Source of the DNA: an uncultured Actinomycetota bacterium
GTDB taxonomy: Bacteria; Actinomycetota; Actinomycetes; Actinomycetales; Dermatophilaceae
Assembly (NCBI GenBank): GCA_963833495.1
Contig: CAWHYJ010000012.1
Span: forward strand, 68,233 to 132,232
Length of the DNA: 64,000 nucleotides
Direction: 5' to 3'
This document shows positions 59,613 to 64,000 of the stretch, in pieces (position 1 is the stretch's first letter; each line of letters opens with the position of its first letter). The position numbers and the translations under genes are program-made. The notes below the pieces were generated by a model. The model saw nothing but the letters and a program-made list of their open reading frames with translations, ran no database searches and was not told where the DNA came from.

Positions 59613-60203
59613 ATGAGCAGTACCTCCGACGCCCCCGTCCTGCCCGCGGACCTCACCGACGCCATCGTCAAGGCCGGCTACTACCCGGCCCTGGTCGCCG
59701 ACGTCGTCGCCGCGGCCCTGGTTCGCGAGCCCATCGAGAACCACCTCGTGCACCTCGAGACGACGTTCGACCGCGACGTGGTGCGGCGGCACATCACCGT
59801 GCTGGTGCTCACCCCCACCCGGCTGCTGATCGCCCACGCCGACGACCACGCCGACGAGCCGCCCGCACCGCAGGACGTCGCGACCGCGACCACCGAGTCG
59901 ATCCCGCTGTCGGCGGTGCGCGGGGTGATGCTCACCCACGTGGTCGAGAACCCGTCCACCTACGTGCCGGGCAGCCTGGGCCGCGAGCTCTCGCTCACCC
60001 TGGGCTGGGGCACGGTGGCGCGCCTCGACCTGGTGCCGGCATCCTGTGCCGACCCCGAGTGCGACGCCGACCACGGCTACGAGGGCACCATCACCGGCGA
60101 CGACATCGCCCTGCGCATCTCCGCGGCCGCCGACGGCGACGACGCGCTCTCGCAGGCGCTCGGCTTCGCCCGAGACCTGTCCGCCGCCATCGGCCAGGGC
60201 TGA
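59613..60203 (+). CDS. DUF5998 family protein
   Basis: AGYYP, HLETTFD, RRHITVL, C.DP.C.ADHGY.G. Confidence 0.85.
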   Translation: MSSTSDAPVLPADLTDAIVKAGYYPALVADVVAAALVREPIENHLVHLETTFDRDVVRRHITVLVLTPTRLLIAHADDHADEPPAPQDVATATTESIPLSAVRGVMLTHVVENPSTYVPGSLGRELSLTLGWGTVARLDLVPASCADPECDADHGYEGTITGDDIALRISAAADGDDALSQALGFARDLSAAIGQG

Positions 60204-60213
60204 GCAGACCTCG

Positions 60214-61383
60214 ATGCCGCCCACCGGCGACCCGTCGGCGAGCCCGCCGGTCGGCCCCGGCCCCGCGCTCGCCGACGTGCTGCCGAGCGTCGCCCGCAGC
60301 CTCGGCGTGGCCTGGGGCGGGGGAGCTGGTCAGCCCACGTCCGGGTTCGACCTGCCGCCCGCCCGGCGCGCGGTCACGGTGCTCGTCGACGGGCTGGGCC
60401 ACGACCTGCTGGTGCGTCGGGCCGGGCACGCGCCCTGGCTGCGGTCGCACCTGGGCACCACGCTGCGGGTGGCCAGCGGCTTCCCCTCCACCACCGCCAC
60501 CTCCATGGGCACCTTCGGCACCGGCCTCGCGGCCGGGGCGCACGGGTTGCTCGGTTACGAGGTGCTCGTGCCCGGGGCCGACCGGCTGCTCAACGAGCTG
60601 TCCTGGGAGGACGGCCCCGACCCGCGCACCTGGCAGCCGCACCCGACGGTCTTCGAGGCGGCGGCGGCCGCCGGCGTCGAGGTGGTGCGGGTCGGCCCCG
60701 CCCACTTCGACGGCTCGGGCCTGACCAACGCCGCCATCCGAGGTGGCCGGTTCGTCGCCGCGGGTACCCTGCCGCAGCGGGTCGACGCCACCCTGGCCGC
60801 GGTGCGGTCGGCGCCGCGGGCGCTCGTGCACCTCTACTGGGGCGAGCTCGACAAGATCGGCCACGTGCAGGGGTGCGACTCGTGGCAGTGGGGTGACGAG
60901 CTCGAGAGCATCGACCGCGAGCTCGCCCGGCTCGCCGCACGGCTTCCCGACGACTGCTCGCTCACGGTGACCGCCGACCACGGCATGGTCGACTCCCCGC
61001 ACGAGCTACGTCTCGACGTCGCGCACGAGCCGCTCCTGGCGGCCGGGCTGCGGCACGTCACCAACGAGGCCCGGGCTCCCCAGCTCTACGTCGAGCCGGG
61101 GGCGCGCGACGACGTGCACGCCGCGTGGGCCGCGGTGCTCGGCGAGCGCGGCATCGTCAGCACTCGCGAGGAGGCCGTCGCCGCAGGGTGGTTCGGGGCG
61201 GTCGCCCCCGACAACCTGGCCCGGATCGGCGACGTCGTCGTGGCGATGCGCGGCCGCTTCGCCGTCGTCGACTCCCGCCGGGCCCGCCCCGAGCTGCTCG
61301 CCCTGATCGGCCTGCACGGCTCGCTGAGCGACGACGAGGTGGCCGTGCCGGTGGTCCACGTGCCCGCGGCCCACGTCGCCTAG
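60214..61383 (+). CDS. alkaline phosphatase/nucleotide pyrophosphatase family protein
   Basis: VDGLG, FPSTT, D.IGH, TADHG, G.HGS. Confidence 0.88.
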   Translation: MPPTGDPSASPPVGPGPALADVLPSVARSLGVAWGGGAGQPTSGFDLPPARRAVTVLVDGLGHDLLVRRAGHAPWLRSHLGTTLRVASGFPSTTATSMGTFGTGLAAGAHGLLGYEVLVPGADRLLNELSWEDGPDPRTWQPHPTVFEAAAAAGVEVVRVGPAHFDGSGLTNAAIRGGRFVAAGTLPQRVDATLAAVRSAPRALVHLYWGELDKIGHVQGCDSWQWGDELESIDRELARLAARLPDDCSLTVTADHGMVDSPHELRLDVAHEPLLAAGLRHVTNEARAPQLYVEPGARDDVHAAWAAVLGERGIVSTREEAVAAGWFGAVAPDNLARIGDVVVAMRGRFAVVDSRRARPELLALIGLHGSLSDDEVAVPVVHVPAAHVA

Positions 61384-61394
61384 GGTGTCCCCTC

Positions 61395-62072
61395 GTGGCA
61401 GATCTGGTCTTCTTCTCGGGAACGATGGACTGTGGCAAGTCGACCCTTGCCCTCCAGATGGACCACAACAACGCCGTCCGCGGCCGGCAGGGGCTGATCT
61501 TCACCAAGCTCGACCGGATGGGCGAGTCGGTGCTGTCCTCGCGGCTGGGCCTGTCGACCCCGGCGATCGAGGTCGACGACGACCTCGACTTCTGGGACGA
61601 GGTGGTCGAGCGGCTCACCGCCGGGGCCCGCGTCGACTACCTCATCTGTGACGAGGCGCAGTTCTACACCCCGGGGCAGGTGGAGCAGCTGGCCCGGGTC
61701 GTCGACGAGCTCGACATCGACGTGCACGCCTTCGGCATCACCGCCGACTTCCGCACCGAGCTCTTCCCCGGCTCGCGGCGGCTGATCGAGCTCGCCGACC
61801 GCGTGCAGCTGCTCCAGGTCGAGGCGTTGTGCTGGTGCGGCCGCAAGGCCACCCACAACGCCCGCATCGTCGACGGCGTCATGGTGGTCGAGGGGGAGCA
61901 GGTGGTCGTCGGCGACACGGCCGCGGCCAGCACCGGCCTCGTCGAGTACGAGGTGCTCTGCCGGCGGCACTACATGCGGCGGATGAACAGCTCGGCCGCC
62001 CGTGCCGCCTCGCCCTCACCTGACACGCTGCCGTTCGACCTCGACGTCTGCCCGGTGCCGCCCCGACCCTGA
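61395..62072 (+). CDS. tdk: thymidine kinase
   Basis: GTMDCGKST, DEAQF, CWCG...LCRRH. Confidence 0.92.
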   Translation: MADLVFFSGTMDCGKSTLALQMDHNNAVRGRQGLIFTKLDRMGESVLSSRLGLSTPAIEVDDDLDFWDEVVERLTAGARVDYLICDEAQFYTPGQVEQLARVVDELDIDVHAFGITADFRTELFPGSRRLIELADRVQLLQVEALCWCGRKATHNARIVDGVMVVEGEQVVVGDTAAASTGLVEYEVLCRRHYMRRMNSSAARAASPSPDTLPFDLDVCPVPPRP

Positions 62073-62076
62073 GGGT

Positions 62077-62532
62077 CTACCTGACGGTTGACAGGTCGAG
62101 GTGCATGCGGATGCCGGGCCCGAGCTCGGTGGCCACCTCACCGTCGCGCTGGAACCCGACCTGCGCGTAGAACCGGGCCGCGTGTGGGTTGCCGGTCACC
62201 TCGAGGCGGGTGGCACCGCCGGCGCGGGCGCGCGCCACGGCATCCGTCACCAGCTCGGCGCCGATGCCGCGGCGCTGCGCGTCGGGGTCGACGAAGAGGT
62301 CATCGAGCTCGCGGACCGGGCCGTCGCCGAGCACGGTGGCGAACCCTGCGATGGTGCCGTCGTCAAGGACGGCCACCCGGGTGTGACCGGCGAGCACCTC
62401 GGTGTCGGGCAGCACGAGCACCTCGGGGTGGGCGAGCAGCATCTCGGCGTCGCCCGGGTTGCCCAGCGAGGCGCGGCGGAAGACGTCGCGCAGCGCCGGC
62501 AGGTCGCCGGCGACGGCGGTGCGCAGGAGCAC
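62077..62532 (-). CDS. GNAT family acetyltransferase
   Basis: LFVDP..QRRGIG, NPHAARFY..GF. Confidence 0.85.
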   Translation of the reverse strand: MLLRTAVAGDLPALRDVFRRASLGNPGDAEMLLAHPEVLVLPDTEVLAGHTRVAVLDDGTIAGFATVLGDGPVRELDDLFVDPDAQRRGIGAELVTDAVARARAGGATRLEVTGNPHAARFYAQVGFQRDGEVATELGPGIRMHLDLSTVR

Positions 62533-62543
62533 CGGCCGACCCC

Positions 62544-63644
62544 TCAGCCGGAGCCGCCGCCGCGGGTGCCGAAGACGATGTCGTCCCAGCTCGGCACGCT
62601 CGGGCGGCCCTTGCGCGCGGGCGCCGGCCGGGGCGCTGCGGCGGCATCCGGCTGGTCGGCCTCATCTGTGCCCTCTGTCACCGCAGCGACCGGTGCGGCG
62701 ACGTCGTCGTCGTGCTCGGGCCAGCCGCCCACGAGCTCCTCGGCGTCGGGGCCGTCGACCGGCTCGTCGAGGTGGGCGGAGACCGGGTTGCGTCCACGCG
62801 CCGCGGGCGGCGGGGGCGCGTCGGAGACGTCGGTGGCGAGGTCCTCGATGGGCAGCGCGTCGGCGCGGGGGCGGTCGTCGCCCGGCGTGCTCGAGGGGGA
62901 GGGGCGGCGACGACGGCGACCCCGGGTGGAGTGCTCGCGCATCGCGGCCATCAGGTCGATCGGCTCGTGCGGGGCACGCTGCTGCACGGCGTGGTCGACC
63001 CCGCCGTCGGCGTCGATGTCGTAGACGTCGGAGTCAGCGTTCTGACCGGCCCGGTGCGGGGTCGGGATCGTGCCCGGCGCGGCCTCCTCGCTCAGCCAGC
63101 GCGCCTCGTCGTTGGTGGCGGCCACCGAACCGCCCAGCGGCTCGTAGCGCCAGGTGGCGGTGCGCTGCCGCCCACCGGCGGCGAAGGTCAGGGACAGCTG
63201 CCACACGCCCTCGTCGTCACGGGCGGAGTCCCACTCGACGTCGTCGCGGTCGACCCCGCGGTCGCGAAGCCGCTCGGACACGCGCTCCGCGAGGGTCACC
63301 GGCCCGGACCCACGACTGCCGACGGCGCACTTCTGGGCCACCTGGGCCACGTGTTCGCGCTCGGCCAGCACCGGCCCCTCGAAGCGGCGCACCTTCTCGA
63401 CGGTCCACCCGGCGCGGTCGGCGACCTCCTCGGCCGACAGCCCGCGGCGGATCAGCGCCTGCACCTCGCGCGGCCGCAGACCCCCCTCGATCTCGATCTG
63501 CAGCTGGCCGAGCCGGGGCCGGTCGCGGCGGGCCGCGGCTCGCAGTGCCTCGTCGAGGGTGAGGCGGTAGCGGCCGCCGTCGGCGTCAGCGAGCAGGAGG
63601 TGGTGGCCGTCCTCGTGGACGCCGATGAGGCGAAGGTCCTGCAT
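62544..63644 (-). CDS. sepH: septation protein SepH (DUF3071)
   Basis: [26 protein letters not shown]-terminal [13 protein letters not shown]. Confidence 0.9.
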   Translation of the reverse strand: MQDLRLIGVHEDGHHLLLADADGGRYRLTLDEALRAAARRDRPRLGQLQIEIEGGLRPREVQALIRRGLSAEEVADRAGWTVEKVRRFEGPVLAEREHVAQVAQKCAVGSRGSGPVTLAERVSERLRDRGVDRDDVEWDSARDDEGVWQLSLTFAAGGRQRTATWRYEPLGGSVAATNDEARWLSEEAAPGTIPTPHRAGQNADSDVYDIDADGGVDHAVQQRAPHEPIDLMAAMREHSTRGRRRRRPSPSSTPGDDRPRADALPIEDLATDVSDAPPPPAARGRNPVSAHLDEPVDGPDAEELVGGWPEHDDDVAAPVAAVTEGTDEADQPDAAAAPRPAPARKGRPSVPSWDDIVFGTRGGGSG

Positions 63645-63751
63645 GTCGGGCTCCCGGTGTTGCTCGTCGTCGGGACGACTGTGCCATCCCGGGCGGCCCG
63701 GTGAGGCATCCCACGCCGTGGGCCCGCGAAATGCCCGCATACGCTGTGCCC

Positions 63752-64000
63752 ATGTCTGATGCCGCGGATGCGCTCGCTCCCTACGACGTCGTGCTGCTCG
63801 GCTCCTTCGGCGGCCCCGAGGCCCCCGAGGAGGTCGTGCCCTTCCTGCGCCGGGTCACCGCCGGCCGCGGCATCCCCGACGCCCGGCTCGAGGCGGTGGG
63901 CGAGCACTACTACGCCCGCGGCGGCCGCAGCCCGATCAACGACCTGAACCGCGAGCTGCTGGCCCGGCTGCGCGAAGAGCTCGACCGGCGCGGCATCGCC
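63752..64000 (+). CDS. hemH: ferrochelatase (5' part; runs off window end)
   Basis: Manual translation: [35 protein letters not shown]...GG.SPIN. Confidence 0.9.
   Translation, partial: MSDAADALAPYDVVLLGSFGGPEAPEEVVPFLRRVTAGRGIPDARLEAVGEHYYARGGRSPINDLNRELLARLREELDRRGIA

Overview
64 kb of core chromosome from a very high-GC actinomycete. Gene content and order resemble Micrococcales, possibly Intrasporangiaceae (inference). Left part: ctaE-trpD, an Rv2191-like exonuclease, fadD/SRPBCC/ArsA/glucokinase, plsC, class II DAHP synthase, pknL-LysM-Rv2175c-idsA and metF. Middle: small accessory genes (ArsR/SRPBCC/RibD, MalT-like LuxR, VOC, YbaK, a deletion scar), then a DNA-damage operon (DUF6504, SAV_6107 HEPN, dnaE2, methyltransferase, dinB) with a PafBC-type promoter and a perfect LexA box. 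Right part: parE, a sugar ABC transporter with LacI, parC, Pat acetyltransferase, tdk, sepH and hemH. No rRNA, tRNA, CRISPR array, integrase or transposase was seen. Main signals: (1) the octamer GGATGCCG/CGGCATCC occurs about 74 times by manual count, in both orientations and as inverted pairs anchoring intergenic hairpins; (2) a mutasome-like operon without imuA/imuB but with a stand-alone ImuB-C-like protein and a clamp motif in DnaE2; (3) a palindromic element translated in frame inside dnaE2; (4) a 9-bp-phased array between the LysM hydrolase and the Rv2175c-like regulator. Several single-base frameshifts may be assembly errors. All calls come from reading translations by eye; no searches were run.
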